From assembly GCA_040954595.2 (NCBI GenBank), contig CM082576.2, positions 12,155,129 through 12,219,128 on the forward strand: a DNA stretch of 64,000 nt, written 5' to 3'. Source of the DNA: Balanoglossus misakiensis (Eukaryota; Animalia; Hemichordata). The notes under the pieces were generated by a model that saw only the letters and a program-made list of their open reading frames with translations, was not told the DNA's origin and did not search any database. The position numbers and the translations under genes are program-made. Positions 1 through 13,614 of the stretch are shown piece by piece. Numbering within the stretch: the stretch's first letter is position 1; every line of letters begins with the position of its first letter.

Positions 1-1430
1 ATTGGAACGAAGAAAAAAATATATACAAAATGACAGTGTTCATTTGAATTTCACGTCGGACCTGTGCATACATAATTTGCGAGCCGGTGCACTCATTTCA
101 ATGACGATCTACACACAGATCAAACAGAACTAATTAAATTATTCGACCACGTGATCTCTGCCTTGGTGACATTCGCCGTATTTACATATCGTAATTATAT
201 GGAGGCAAACTGTGTATAAATGACAAATAGGTTGATAGATGAGAAACTCGAGTCAATTTCCATTGTAAACACAATCAAAGGGGTAAATCAATGATGCGGA
301 AACGCTGAGCTTTTATCGTTCTCATAATTAGCCGTTCCTTGGAGACAAGAGTCAATATTGATTCAATTTTCAGTCTGTGTCACGTGACATACTAGTATCT
401 AATAGGTTCGTGTAAAAAAGAACGTAAATTGCTAAATATTTCCACTTGAAGGAATCAAAATTTTCAGTGGAAATCAAAGTTTTTTTGTCAGTTGTAAATC
501 CAAACTATAAACATGGCAGACAGTTGTGATATTCGGCACAAAAGTTGAACTCATACCTTATTGCACTTCAAATAATTCCTCAGAAAATGTTATTCCGTTC
601 TATCCTGCAAGTGGTGTTGGTGACTAATGAACTACACGTGAAGTGGACAGTCACCAGACGGAGGGTTGACCGGATCTATTTTAACTCACCAGAGAGGGCG
701 CTCAATATGTGTACTGACCAAATCGAGATGAGTGACTCAGTTCTGCTCTGGAATTTTCGACGTTCACTAGTTAAAAACACAGGTGTCTGTCTAATGGTCT
801 TATTTACATATTTTTATGTCGAGAAGAGAAGGAACGTGCAAAAAGTGGCCATCTTGATTATTTAAGAAAATACAGGTCACCTTGTCACTGAGACCCACGC
901 TTGCTAAATTTTGACTTTGGCTTCCTTGGGGGAATTGCAGTCAAGAGCCGTACCTCATTCTGTAAAACACAAAGTACTTTCAACTTCTTGAACCATTACC
1001 GGATAAACAGCCTAATGACGTTCTTTCCAGTTGGTCCAATGCTTCTTTTGCTGATCATGATCCGCCAATGCGTTGAAATGTGAAGGCATCTCTCTGTAGA
1101 AGGGTAAATACCGTTGAAAGCGAGTCAGAGGTAGATTTTCATTCCCCAAAGCACGACATGATCAGCGTAATTTTAACAATATTTCCTAAGAGACTTCCGC
1201 TGATACGTCAGTCAGTGACGTCATATTATCCAGCCGCCGAAACCGGCAACACGTGGTACTCGTGATTCATTCACTGAAACCCAGAATCCGAAGTGATCCA
1301 AGTAAATGTACGTATTGATAACGGTGAATCTCGCCGATCTCGCATCGGGGACATTTTTTACAGATTGTTTAAGTGACGGCACAAACTTTACGCGCGATAC
1401 TTTATCATAGATTGCAGTGGGATTCCGTTG

Positions 1431-2978
1431 CTAGCATTCATCAGATTCGACCTCGGCTAACGTTTCGTTCCTGAGTGAGTACTGCCTCAGATACCGAACA
1501 TCGTCATAGTTCTTAACATGGGACGACTTTCCAGTGAGTCGCTCATACTCCATGTTTTCGGACGTCGCTCGGTTTTTCAGAAGCTCCTGCACCAGGCTTT
1601 TCAGCTGCACCGACGGCCGGCGCCTGTTCACTCGCTCTTCTACGTTGCCTCCCTTCTCGCTTATCTTCAGAGTGCGCAGCCTTTTCCAGATCGTGGCTTT
1701 CTCGTCGAGTTGCCCGATATCGGCTGGAACGCCTGGCTCGTTCGCCACGGTAAACCTGACCGTTTTGGACTTGAGCGGCGGTGACGTGACTCCGTCGGAC
1801 GACGCTGACGTCAGAGATGATCCCGTCGTCTTCGGCCTGCTGTCCGCAACAACACCCGTTGAAACTCCTTCGGATGTGGGGTTCGCCGCTGTCGCGTCCA
1901 CTGCTCCCTGCAGAATTGAATTCGTCTTTATGCGCGGCATGATCGACGACCATTTCTCCTTCGTTCCTTCCTTACTTCCGTCCTCCGTCGAGCTGCTCCC
2001 GCCTGTCGTCAGCTGCTTGCCGCTTGAAGTCGTCGAGTAGCGGTCAGTCTCGTCTCTGCGCTGGCCAGTGGCGCGAATGTGACTGTCTATCGCCGGCAGG
2101 AGCGGTACCCGCTCGGTCGTGTCGCTCGCCGCGGCACTTCCCCGGGAATCCCCGACGCTGGTTCCCGTTGGTTCCACTCCGTAGGCCCGCTGCAGGTCTA
2201 GAATCGTTTCCCACCCGTCTATGTCGATCCTCTTGAACACTTTCCTGTTCTCGCAGCGTTTTCTGATGATCACGAGGGGATCGACCGGCCCCGCGGTGAA
2301 TGCGTCTGGAATCACCACACTCGGCGGGTTGCCACCGTGGAAATGTCGCACCACTATTTTGCCGTCCGACATGAAGGTGTCCGGCGTACTGGCCGTTCGT
2401 TGCCTCCCGATCAGCGGCAGAGTGTGGCTCCTTGCCAGCCCTTCGACCATCTCGGTCGTTTTCCTCGCCCTTTCCCCAAACGCACTGACCGACCTCCGAT
2501 GCAGCGAGTACTTCTGTACTTTGTACCTGGCCTCCTTGATGGTCGGCGAAATCTTCACGTTGACCGTTTCGTGCACTTTGATGTCCATGGTCTTGGCCTG
2601 CTGCAGGTCCCACCTCTCCATCGCCCCCACCTTCCGGATTTCCGCCAGCGCTGACCTGTAGAAGTCCTCCCTGGGTGTGTTCACGTGCTTCGCCATGTTC
2701 GTCCCGAACTCGTCTTCCATGAGCGGGAGGATGATGAACCGCTTTTTGTTCTTGTTTTCCTGCCAGTAATTGAACTGCCCCAGCTCCTTCTTCAGCTTTC
2801 GCGCCTCCAGCTCGTGGTTTTCCATCACCCTCAGGTAGTCTTTCCTCAGCTCCGCCTGCCGTTTCTCCAACATCACCGAGTGCGATTTATTCTTGTGTCC
2901 CACCATGAGAGAGGTGTCAGACTTCTTGTACAGCGCCTGCGCTACCCCCTCGCTGTTGGACACTTGTAACGGACCCAT
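1431..2978 (-). CDS. Uncharacterised 515-aa basic, disordered protein with N-terminal coiled coil; array member 1 (CCDC190-like motifs)
   Basis: Single long GC-rich ORF within AT-rich flanks; ATG in a good context (ATCATGG). Coiled-coil block HKNKSHSVMLEKRQAELRKDYLRVMENHELEARKLKKELGQF, C-terminal YDDVRYLRQYSLRNETLAEV, and KTVRF and RRPSV motifs. Confidence 0.85.
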   Translation of the reverse strand: MGPLQVSNSEGVAQALYKKSDTSLMVGHKNKSHSVMLEKRQAELRKDYLRVMENHELEARKLKKELGQFNYWQENKNKKRFIILPLMEDEFGTNMAKHVNTPREDFYRSALAEIRKVGAMERWDLQQAKTMDIKVHETVNVKISPTIKEARYKVQKYSLHRRSVSAFGERARKTTEMVEGLARSHTLPLIGRQRTASTPDTFMSDGKIVVRHFHGGNPPSVVIPDAFTAGPVDPLVIIRKRCENRKVFKRIDIDGWETILDLQRAYGVEPTGTSVGDSRGSAAASDTTERVPLLPAIDSHIRATGQRRDETDRYSTTSSGKQLTTGGSSSTEDGSKEGTKEKWSSIMPRIKTNSILQGAVDATAANPTSEGVSTGVVADSRPKTTGSSLTSASSDGVTSPPLKSKTVRFTVANEPGVPADIGQLDEKATIWKRLRTLKISEKGGNVEERVNRRRPSVQLKSLVQELLKNRATSENMEYERLTGKSSHVKNYDDVRYLRQYSLRNETLAEVESDEC

Positions 2979-5903
2979 GATGGCCGAGAATCAGTTCCAG
3001 GCGTCCTTCGCTGTGACGTTACAAGAATTACACACGCACAGTGTTACATTTTTTCAATTGCACTTTCTGCTGTTCTTCCTCAGTCTGTCTTTTCTGCCAA
3101 CTACACACACACCGTTGCCAACGTCGATGCCGATGCTAAGTCACGTGGTTTGTTGTTGTGTTTACCTTCTCCCCGGTGTGCAAATTTGCGAAGTTGCCGA
3201 GATTGAAAGTGGTGACCGCGTAATCCCCGATGAACACTATCTAGCGAACAAATGTTTGCGGAGAAATTTTTGCCCCGCATACGGCGTGTGGACTATGGAA
3301 TGCCGGTGGATCAATCCCGTACACGACAGCAGATTTTTTTTACAAACGACTCACCGGACTCTGAGACGCGGACGTGGAAATTCTTCCCCCAGTGTTGCGA
3401 ACAAGGTGCCCTCCGTCCGAAACAGCGCAACGCTAACAAAAAAAAACTAACTTTTATTGACCATTCACCACTCGCGCTAAAAGTTTCACGACCGTCCAAC
3501 AGACTCAAAAAGAACTTTTCATGCCGACCGCGAGGTATCGATTTCTGATGCCACGCAACCGCAGCCGCTCCGTTCTGTTTATTGCTCCGTGCGGCAACCG
3601 GCATTGATTTTTTGGTAATCACTGCTCGGTTTGTTTTCGATCCACGCAACGTCACTCTCATTTATAGCGGATGGCAAATACCGTTCGATATATCTGGTTC
3701 ACCAAGTCACGCGCCTTTCAAGGATAATCCTGCACTCAGTAAACATCGGTGTATTCATTGCCCATTGTTCCCTTCAACCGAGTCGAGTGGTATTTGGAAT
3801 TGGTCCGTTTCGGCAACCAATTATTTAATTAACACGTGGCCATGACAACTTGTGTTGTTTTCTTTTTGTTTTAATAATTCAACAAACAACACTTATCGTC
3901 GGCCCATTTTAAAGCTCTTGCTAAATGTTAATTGAACGCGAAATAATCATGATTAACGATACCGTAAAAACTGAGATGATAAAATCGAACGTCCCTGTTC
4001 ATTTTCTTATTGTTTTTTTTTATAAGCCCAACAAACAAAATTAATATTTTCATCGATTTAGCTAATCGGTAATTCAAGCGTGAAAAAATATTCATGATTG
4101 ATCACACGTCCGTAAAAAAACTGACGAAAAATAAAGTTGAACGTCACTGTCGCGATGTAATTTGCCTCTAACGTACAGCCCGCTTCGTTCAAAGTAGCGC
4201 TTGGTTTTAAGCGACACAACAAGGAAAGTTTGAAGTTAAATAAAAGTCCGCAAAAACCTTCTGTATCGTAGAAAGCCATGACCATCCCCACATACTCGGT
4301 TTAGCACAAATAATTGAAAGATTTTTGTCCACACCATTGCTTGTTCGCACGTGAGTGACCAAGTTTACATCAGACAAGATATAAGCCAACGATGGTGGCG
4401 CTCTATCAACTTACCAGTTGACGAGGAAAATGAGTCACTGAGCAATGGATGAGATTCTATTATCTCTTTTATTTATTTAAAATTTATTGAATACACATTA
4501 TATATGTGAAATTGTAATAAAAAATAATCATTGCACAATAATGTTATCTTGGACGTTAGTGTCATCGTTGCGACCTTTGACCACAATGACCCCAGGTCCC
4601 TTCCAACTTATCCAAGAAAAGACATGACAACTGCTGACTAGACGCCAAAGACAGCAAAATCATATAAATTCAACATTGTTGTTGTCTAAAATCGGGTAAA
4701 ATAAAAAAAGATTTCTCTGAAGATTTAATTGTCCGCTCGGAAGATTCACACTTTCACGTACCATATAAATGATATTTGGACATGTAAGTTGCAGGATACT
4801 TTCGATCACAACTGACGGTGGCGCCCTCCAACCGTCGTCAAAATAATAAAAAACAATGCACTGAATGTTGACCAGACTCGTTGGGGTCAAAAATCGTTTG
4901 TCATGTTTATGCAATCTGAGCGAGATGCGTTGCATATCGTCGATGGTACGCATGGTAGTATTTTCTGTTCACTGAAACGCTAAGTTTCTGCAGTTGTTCT
5001 GAATCGCCCAAATCTATCCACTCCAGCAATCGCGACCAGCGCAAGTTTTGCAATCTTGCAATCTTGAAACTCAATTACTTGTAAATTGGTGACTTCGCAA
5101 CAAGTTGTAAACATAGCATCATCCTTACTTGAGTCATATCAAATTAATGCACATGTAAATAGAGAATTCCTGTCAATAAAATAGCCCTGTCACATACTCA
5201 GTGTATACTGTGTCTCCATTCATGGGCTGGGCGCCTAGTCAAGTCTTCGGACATGTCAACTTTAAAACCACCTGTTAGATCAATATTCCGTCAATAAAAC
5301 AAGTCAGAAAATACAAATATACTACAAATATACTAGTCTCGCCCAGAGAGTCGCCGTGCGTTTCTTTCGTGGCCGTCGATCACGCGACGCCGTCCGTAAG
5401 CTACTACATGGACATGTAGCAGTATCATTACTATAAAAGACTGCAAATCAACGTGTCACGTGATATGGACATGGGGAATTTGCATATAACGGCGTTTCGT
5501 TATATTCAAACAAGGCATCAAGTGGAGCGACGTGTTAATGGATGGTGGACACCCATAGGGAAATGATTAACAATTGTCGATGAAGAGTGTTTGCATCTTC
5601 GTCAGTTGATTTTTCGTTGCTAAATCTGCATACTTCGTATGGTTAGTAGCTTGTCCTGCGGATTATTGTCAAAGTCACATTTCAAAATATCGTGCGAGGT
5701 GATCGGAAATCTGTATCATAACATGTACTTACCAGAATTCTAAGCACTTAACCATATATGATCTCTCTCAACATTAATTCTATATATTTTGTGTAAATTA
5801 AAACGAGTGATTTCAATCAAAGTGGAAATGTCTTCTGTTTGGAGTTTCTGGGCCAAAATTTTTCACTTTGGTGTGGCTGTGTCTAATCTTGTGCGGCATA
5901 CGT

Positions 5904-7001
5904 TCACTGGATCGAAATTACACTCGGAGAAATTACAGACCCCATTTTTCTTCTGGGCGTTGACGTTGGCGGCGGCAGCGACGAAGATGGTCGATTTGTG
6001 GCCGTCGGCGACTTCAGCGCCGAGTTGCTGTTGACGTCGATCGGGGAGTCCTTGCTTTCGGCGGCGGGGCCGGCGCCCCCGCGGTAGGACGACGGCCTCC
6101 TGACCGGCACCGTTGCCAGGGAAGTTCTGGAGAACGCTCTGGTCAGCTGGCGCAGTTTCCCCACCTGTTCGTTGTACTTGGCGCTTATCCGCCGGTTCAC
6201 CTCGTTGTACTCCTCCTCGGGCTCCGGGTCGGCGCCCCGATAGTGGGAGAAAGAGCGGCCGCGCACCCTGACTTGGCGGAGGTGTCTGTCCTTGTTGCCG
6301 TCGTCGTTGTTGTCCGGTGCCCCGTGAAAGCGCGGATTTGGATTTCCTTCCTCTTCTTTCTTCTTCTCCAGCATGGAGAACAGCGTGTTGCAAATGCTGG
6401 CTCTCAGCATGATCGCCTTCTGCCTGTCTTTGAACTTCCAGAAGGAGTTCTTGTTGTTGGTGGCTTTCCTCAGGTGCTTTTCCGCGTCCGACGGCGTGGA
6501 GAAACTGGCTCTCCGGGCCCAGTAACTCAAACCCGGCGCCTGTGGCGAAGTCGAAGCGTCGGGGCCTTCTTCGGAGTTCTCCGAGCCCTCGTCGTCGAAG
6601 GGGTCGCTGTATAGAGAGCGCTTTCTCACCGGTTTGGCCTCGTTCTGCAGGAAATTGTGACTTCGCGGTAGACCCACCTCGGCGATAGACAGCGGGGGTC
6701 TGCTCACTGAGTCGGCCGCGGGCTCGAAAACGGGTTTCTCGTCGGCCTTTCCCGTTGCCCGCTTCGCCGTCTTCTGTCCGGCGACGTATATTCCCTTGTC
6801 GTCGACGGTTTGTACGGATCGCAGAAACTGCTTTGTCTCGTTCAAACAGCGTTGGTGGGACAGCATGTTCATAGAGTGGCTCCGTTCCAACTTGGCCGTC
6901 TTTTTCTCCAGTTCCGCTTCCCTGTGCCGGTACTGCCTAGAATTCATCACTTCAACTTCACCGAGCGTGATTCGATGCGGAAAATGTCCCCTTTTCGACA
7001 T
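5904..7001 (-). CDS. Uncharacterised ~365-aa basic, disordered coiled-coil protein; array member 2
   Basis: The ORF track starts at a GTG at 7010; the first ATG is at 7001 (AAAATGT). Shared motif MNSRQYRHREAELEKKTAKLERSHSMNMLSHQRCLNETKQFLRSVQ; also RRASF, RKRSL and RRPSS. Confidence 0.85.
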   Translation of the reverse strand: MSKRGHFPHRITLGEVEVMNSRQYRHREAELEKKTAKLERSHSMNMLSHQRCLNETKQFLRSVQTVDDKGIYVAGQKTAKRATGKADEKPVFEPAADSVSRPPLSIAEVGLPRSHNFLQNEAKPVRKRSLYSDPFDDEGSENSEEGPDASTSPQAPGLSYWARRASFSTPSDAEKHLRKATNNKNSFWKFKDRQKAIMLRASICNTLFSMLEKKKEEEGNPNPRFHGAPDNNDDGNKDRHLRQVRVRGRSFSHYRGADPEPEEEYNEVNRRISAKYNEQVGKLRQLTRAFSRTSLATVPVRRPSSYRGGAGPAAESKDSPIDVNSNSALKSPTATNRPSSSLPPPTSTPRRKMGSVISPSVISIQ

Positions 7002-9621
7002 TTTGTCCACACTATTCTGGTCCAGACAGACTTTATATAAACATCCAAGTTAGCGGTCGGCGGCGAAATCAAATCGTACTCAGGCCATGAAGTACGAGCC
7101 CCTCCCGACCAAGCAGCGCGAAAACCTCTCCCTGCCAGCAGCGTTTGCGCTCAAGACTGGAGCTATTCGCGAGGAACGTTGTTATTTAACGCTAGAATTC
7201 GTACCTTGGGGCAAAAGCGCTCATTTCCCCCCAAAGCGACCCGAGTATCCGAAGGATGCCATCCCCGACTTCAATACAGAGATAGAAAACTTATTCGCCC
7301 GCTCGCCACAAGAAGCGACGAAAATTCGTTATATTTCCTTCGCTCGTCGTAAGACCGGTGTCTCAAACGCCTTTTGACGCGTTCTCGAGTCTTAAGTAAA
7401 GAGAGTAAAGTGGGGCTGATATGATCGTGTCTGTCTTGTTTGTTTTGTTCGTTATATGTAAATTGTGAAGATCTAAATTCGGCTTGAAAGGTTTCTTTTG
7501 TACAGATGCATTCCCCCGGTTGAATGGGATGCGACTACTTGAAGTGATCGAACAAACAGTGAAGAACGCGGAGAGACAACATACGGAAATGTGGACGCCC
7601 AACTCAGATGGTGTTAATGAGGAAAACGCGTATTTTGTCAAACGATTATCATGGGTAGTGGGCAGTTTCAAAAAACTGCTGCGATTTGGTGCGTGTTAAA
7701 AAAAGATCACTTTTGCTGGGCTGAAAAACGCAGTACCTTGAGGGCGCCTGTTGCGTGGCTTTCTTTTTCGTCACTGGGGTCGAACGACAGAACATGTAAT
7801 TTGAGATAATCCTTCTTTTGGCTCTTTGGATGTCAAACTGAATGCGGCGACAGTAGTTCGAGAGATGATGAAATCGGTAAGAAGATCAACAATAAAAGAG
7901 GGGAAAGGGGGTTTTGTACAATCGCTGACAATGGGTCAAAAGCTGCAGGGACGTCAAGCGGAATATGCTGTTAATTGGCAAACGAAAAACTCGGGGCTTT
8001 GAGATGTCAGTATGCGAGAGTGTGTCTCTGGGGGCTTGTTCTCATTTGTAAGCCATTATCCCGCAATTTGACAAAACCCGCCTTTGAAGAATCGCAACAC
8101 CAATAACCGATTAGTCTACGGGGATTAGGTGTTTGGGCTGCGAGGAAACCGTGACCATGCCCCCAGGGGGGAGTGGATGACGTGCTTCTGTAAACACAGG
8201 TTGTCAACGTCTACGCAAAAAATAGAAAGTGCAAACAAACTGCTCATTTATATCCTTCACTGCAGACGTACCTATATAGAATAGTACTTGTCAATTTCCC
8301 GGATGTTTGCTGCTATTTTGAGTACCTCCTTCCACCTCTCCAGGTAACTTCACAAGGAGTGGGTTTTTTAATCAAAAGAAACGAGTAAATAAAACCGCTT
8401 TTTGTGGAGAAGAAAGAGGCCCTGGATAACAAGTGGCAAAAGCAAATAGTGAAACGAGCGAAGGTTTTTTTTGTGTGTGTGAAGTGTCCAGCTGGTCGCG
8501 TGGTCGTCCTTGTCAGTCATTAGACTCACCTATGAATAAATTGAACGAAATATAACAAAGAATAAAAGAAATAACGACTAGAGTCATTCAGTTTTTGTTT
8601 CAAATATTGCCAATTTTTATATGTCGAACTTAGCATTACACAATGTGAGATTTGAAGTCTCTTACAAGCACAGATTGATGAGGTTGACAATTTAACACAA
8701 CGTCACGTTAATAGTAAACAATCTTTTCCGTGCCTTATTTCCTCGCCTTTAATGTAAATATCGATTTTTCTCACATACTGCAAACAACACTTCAAATTGA
8801 AACAATTCATGCGACTTCTCAGACGTGGCTGACGAGAGAGAAAAAGTGCATTAATGCTCTCGAATTCTACCAATTAACAGTTGTGTTTACATATAGATAA
8901 GTTAAACTATGGTACACTTTTAATGACACAAACCTGTCTGTTCACTTCTCGTTATGTCGAAAGCAATCATGTGATGTCAAAATCAATATCGGGCAAAACA
9001 CACAATTCATTTTTTTTAATTCTTGCAATTCTTTGCAATACATACTGACGTGTTATCAGTGCTGATAGAAGGCGGGAGTTTCTATAGAGAGACACTGCGG
9101 GGGAAATGGTTGCATTTAAATTTGAAATTCAGTCGGGGAGCGGATATCTATTGATTTTACCGCCTGACGCAAGTGATCATGAGTGCTTGGTGGTTTCAAC
9201 GGATAATATAAAACGTCACCGCATAAAACTCACAGGTGTAATTGTGTCAAGACAAATAACATAAACTTTGAATCGGGTCGTCAAAAATGCCGAATGCCCG
9301 ATGACGATGGCAAGTATTACTGCCAATATCAACAAAAGAAAGAGACCGAACATAAAACTTAATCACGTTGCTATGCCCTAATCGTTAAAATTCGTTCCAA
9401 TATGGTAGCTAGGCTACCCACAGACAGAATTTATAAAGTAACAGTCAAAATTGCATTGTTTTCTGCAAAAAACGCACTGATAAATAAACACTTTACAGCG
9501 TCCTGCAACGAAATATTGGTGTTTGCTTCAAATCGCAGGAACACGCAGGAAATGTTCGCTCAGGTTTCTGTAGCGGCTGCGGATCCAATATGGTCGCTTG
9601 CTATAGTTACATCACTCAGGT

Positions 9622-10719
9622 TCAATCGGCCACCATGGTCGCTTCTTGGAGAGCTGGTAGCGGTGTTAAACTATTGGGCTCGCCACCCTGCGTGTTAATG
9701 ATATTATCGACAGACCGATACTTCACTTTGGATGCCCTCTTGACGTTTTCTTTATTCCTTTCTTTCAACACGTCGGTGGGATTTGAGCTCAGACGCTGGC
9801 GCCCCTGGGTTATGGCCGGCATTTTGTACTGAGCGTTCGTTGAGTCTATGGAAGGCAAGTTGGAAGCAGTCCGGCCGATTCGTTTATCTTGGCCGTTCTC
9901 GTTCACTCTTCCGACCAGAAACGACCGCTCCCTCGTCAGTTTGGGTATGCTCGTAGTTCTGTTTAGTTTCTCCTGCAGTCTTTCGCGGCGGGAGTGATTG
10001 CTCTCAGAGACTGAGTTGTTGAGGTATCCGGCGCTGTCTAGCCCCGCCTTATTTTCCTTTTCCTCTCTCGCTTCCAAGGGTAGGAGTATGTTTTTGCCAG
10101 TTCCTTCTTTGGTGAGGGAGACCTTCCCGCTTCTGACGGCGGGCAGTGTCAGAGAGTCTTCGCCCGTCAACATCTCCGATGCTCGGTTCTTCTTGGTCTC
10201 TAACCGAAGGCTGGCGTTGAAGACGGTCGGCAAGCGCGGCAGCTGGAATCTCTTGGCGCCCCGGCTGTTCTCGTCGGCGCGTTTCTCCGCTTTCTTGTTT
10301 TTCACAATGATCAGCGACTGGTCTTCTTCTAACTCGCCGGCCAGACCGAATCTCCAATACCCTTCAAATATGGCGTCGACTCTGCGGATCAGCTCCTCTG
10401 TCGGCAGCGCGTCAACTTTCCGCCTTCGCCCGAAGTCTCGCCCGGCGATGCTGGGATCGGTATTGGTCCTCTCTAGACCAATCAGATCGAGTCGTTTCCG
10501 CCATGGCAGGATGCTCTCGATGGCCTTGACTCTTCGATCGAACTCCTGTAATTCCAGCACCTCCCTTTGATGTTTCTTCATCACCGACGAGTACGTCTTG
10601 GCGATCTCGTCGAACTTCTTCTTCAGCAGAACCTCGAAGGCGCGGCTGTTGCTCAGCATGAAGAGCGCGATCTCCCGCTTGCGCCGCCTGTTGCGCGCCT
10701 GCCAGGCCGAGTACTCCAT
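9622..10719 (-). CDS. Uncharacterised 365-aa basic coiled-coil protein; array member 3
   Basis: Single-exon ORF with ATG in GCAAATGG. Shared motif LSNSRAFEVLLKKKFDEIAKTYSSVMKKHQREVLELQEFDRRVK; repeated LPRL/LPAV/LPSI/MPAI. Confidence 0.85.
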   Translation of the reverse strand: MEYSAWQARNRRRKREIALFMLSNSRAFEVLLKKKFDEIAKTYSSVMKKHQREVLELQEFDRRVKAIESILPWRKRLDLIGLERTNTDPSIAGRDFGRRRKVDALPTEELIRRVDAIFEGYWRFGLAGELEEDQSLIIVKNKKAEKRADENSRGAKRFQLPRLPTVFNASLRLETKKNRASEMLTGEDSLTLPAVRSGKVSLTKEGTGKNILLPLEAREEKENKAGLDSAGYLNNSVSESNHSRRERLQEKLNRTTSIPKLTRERSFLVGRVNENGQDKRIGRTASNLPSIDSTNAQYKMPAITQGRQRLSSNPTDVLKERNKENVKRASKVKYRSVDNIINTQGGEPNSLTPLPALQEATMVAD

Positions 10720-13508
10720 TTGCCCGGGTGATCGGTTTGGTCGCTCGCTCGCTCGCTAAGCTTGCCCTCTCGCCCCGCTCGCCGCTGATGCCTCACTGCA
10801 TCGCCGGTGGAACGGGCGGCTGAACAAATGCCGGTGGGAGGGGCAATCGATATCTGAATCCTATTCCAGTGGGAAAACACTTAAACCGTGCTTTTCGGGT
10901 ATGCTGTGATTTCGAAGTAGCAACTCGACGGTTGCCCCTGAGTCTGGTAATGAGGCCAAAGACTCCCAACAGTTACATTCACGAAATAACGGCCGTCCTT
11001 TAGAAACTTAGCAATACAAAAGTGTTTGCCACGGCAGGTCCGGAGAGGCTGAAGATAGCGGTAAGAGGCTGATGAAGTGTATTGTTTTTATTGACTACGG
11101 CAAATGCCTGTGAGGAGCGGGTATTGTTTGCAAATAAAGACATTATTTTACGTAATCTACCGCTGTTTGGCGTCCTTCATAATGACCACCAGCGATCATA
11201 TAGTCAGCAGCCAGAAACCGCACTATGCCTGATTATGAAATGGCGCGATTTACGTTACCAAGCAACTTTGATCACCTGATCATCCTTTGCGTGTGATTCT
11301 TCCATACTGAAAGTTTGCAAGATTGGCGACCACCCTTTAAAGCAACTAATTGCCCAGTCCGACCGACCGGTACCCAGAAAACATGCACAGAACATGTTCG
11401 ATCTGTAAGCTCCCATTGTAGCCATTTCCAATTGGATTTAAGAGTTCAATTCTCAGGCATTGTTTTCCACTACGCGAAAGAGCTAAATTTAGACTCAGTG
11501 CGCAAATGACCGACGATTAACGAGAACGTTGAAAAGACAGAAATTCGGCGTTTTGTGACTAAAACTTATCAAACTGTTAATAACTTCAATGCCTTGTTCA
11601 CATAAGAGGTTTTAATTAGAACGCATTTAACGTACGTACGAACGATGGTTTGCCCGAGGGATTTCTCCCCCCGAAGCTATTTCACTTAATCCCGCTTTAT
11701 GTTTTAGTACATTGGAATAGTAATACACGAGATCTGCTGTACATGTGTAAATACCCCCAGTGGAGTGGGGAAACATTTGTAAATAGTAACCTGCTTGCCA
11801 AATACCTTGCGAGGCGCTGTTCGTTTTTATTTAATTTCTGAAACCAAAGTTTATGACTTACAACACAGAAAGAATTCTAACTAATTAATTAAATTTTTGT
11901 AACTAGCTAACCGGCTATTGACATTTCTGTGTTGACATCAACTCACTTCAGACATATCAGACAATTTCAAGGCAGAACGTGCATGCACTAACAACCGTAC
12001 CGTTATGAGGGAAATAACACAAATGAGTCAGTCATTGTTGAAAGTCGAGCTGTTCAGAACTTTCCCCGATTGCCATAAATCTGTACAATAAAAAGAGGGA
12101 ATCTGGAAACAGTTCACGCATCGACAAATATTTCTCAATTTAGGTACATGTACTATACTGTGATGTGGCCCTTTTGTTCGTTGACCGTTCTCGTCCAAAT
12201 AGGCTTTCACATCCAGTCGATATATTTAATAATTAAACGTGAACTTGCCCTTTGCACTGGTTCAAACTGGGAGTTAAATCACGCGTTACACGTGCAAATC
12301 TGCTTTAATAAACGCAGCCAGCCAGTCCAGTATCCGGACGCTCAGTTGTTGTAAACAGGCGCTGTGCGAAAAGTGAGCACTCAAAATGCGGTTTCACAAA
12401 CATTCAACTGGTCAATCTTCCATCATTCACACGTAAACTAGTATCTCAGCGCTTTACCGCCAAAATGCAATTTAATTATGTGTAGCTGCTAAGAGATTCG
12501 TGAATTTAATCTTCGTTCGAAGAAATGCTTCGTCTTTTTTATTGCATTTTTTACGTTTCAAGTACACGTACACGCAGCATCGTACCCTCATTTTTCCGGC
12601 TTGAAGAAAACAAACAATATCAACAAACGCGTTACTTAGGTAACTTATACTGATCTTGCGACGTCCAACAAAACCTATATATCACATATCAAATATTTAT
12701 GTTTTTGTCATCGACTAATATTCTTCGTCTGGCTGATATTGCCTGCTTCCGTTTCATTTATGGGTATTGAAAACAATTTCCCCTTCATTGTCGGTGCAAT
12801 TACTAAGATTATTTATTTTCCAAAATTAAACGCCAGAGAGCAAACAGCGGTCATGTGACCAGCATAGTGGTAACGTTATTACCACCTGCATTCATGTTAC
12901 ATTCGTTATTAAATTTCTTCATTGAGTAATTGCCCCAGTCATGTACATGTATATTGAAAGTCGGTTCCGCCATAGTATACATGTACCTGTTTTACCGTAT
13001 GCCGCATCACCATGGCGACGAATGTAAACAATGCGTCTGCGCTGTATTTAGCGATCAGCGACCTTTTTGCCACAACAATGATAGAGTATTGTCTTGTACA
13101 TGACCAGTATTTGTTATTGTGTTCACGGGTGAGTGATGTCTTTGTTTCATAGCGTTGGAGTTCACGCAAGAATGGGGGTTCTCGGACGGCTCTCGTGGGG
13201 AGCTTCGTCGCGCGGCGTCTCTGAGCAACTCTATGGTCGATCAGGCTGTAACTATTTAGCTTTACGTTGACTTGATGGAATTAAAAGATAATCGCGTGCT
13301 TCAATTGGCCGAAATTTACACCAAATTGCATGTGATTTAAGGAGCCATATTCCTTATCAAAGACAACGTGGAAACCCCGCAAACAATGTGCGTTTATCTT
13401 GTTTTACGTTAGAATTATATTATTCAAAGGAATTGTGGAAGAGTGGATGTCGCATTCTACAGTTCAATATCTAAATGATGATGGTGATGGTGGTGGTGTT
13501 GGTGGTTG

Positions 13509-13614
<106 letters not shown>

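Noticed and set aside
878-1093. Exon-like segment with AG/GT borders on the minus strand downstream of gene 1
   Set aside because: Stop codons in all three frames and no recognisable protein.
1518-2969. Several long plus-strand and alternate-frame ORFs overlapping array gene 1 (similar ones overlap genes 2-6)
   Set aside because: Antisense or frame shadows of GC-rich coding sequence, with no independent motifs or splice signals.
3839-3850. Partial RFX X-box-like sequence (GTTGTCATGGC) upstream of array gene 1; similar ones at about 59248 and 63141
   Set aside because: Only half-matches, and not consistently present upstream of all array genes. Insufficient to claim RFX/ciliary regulation.
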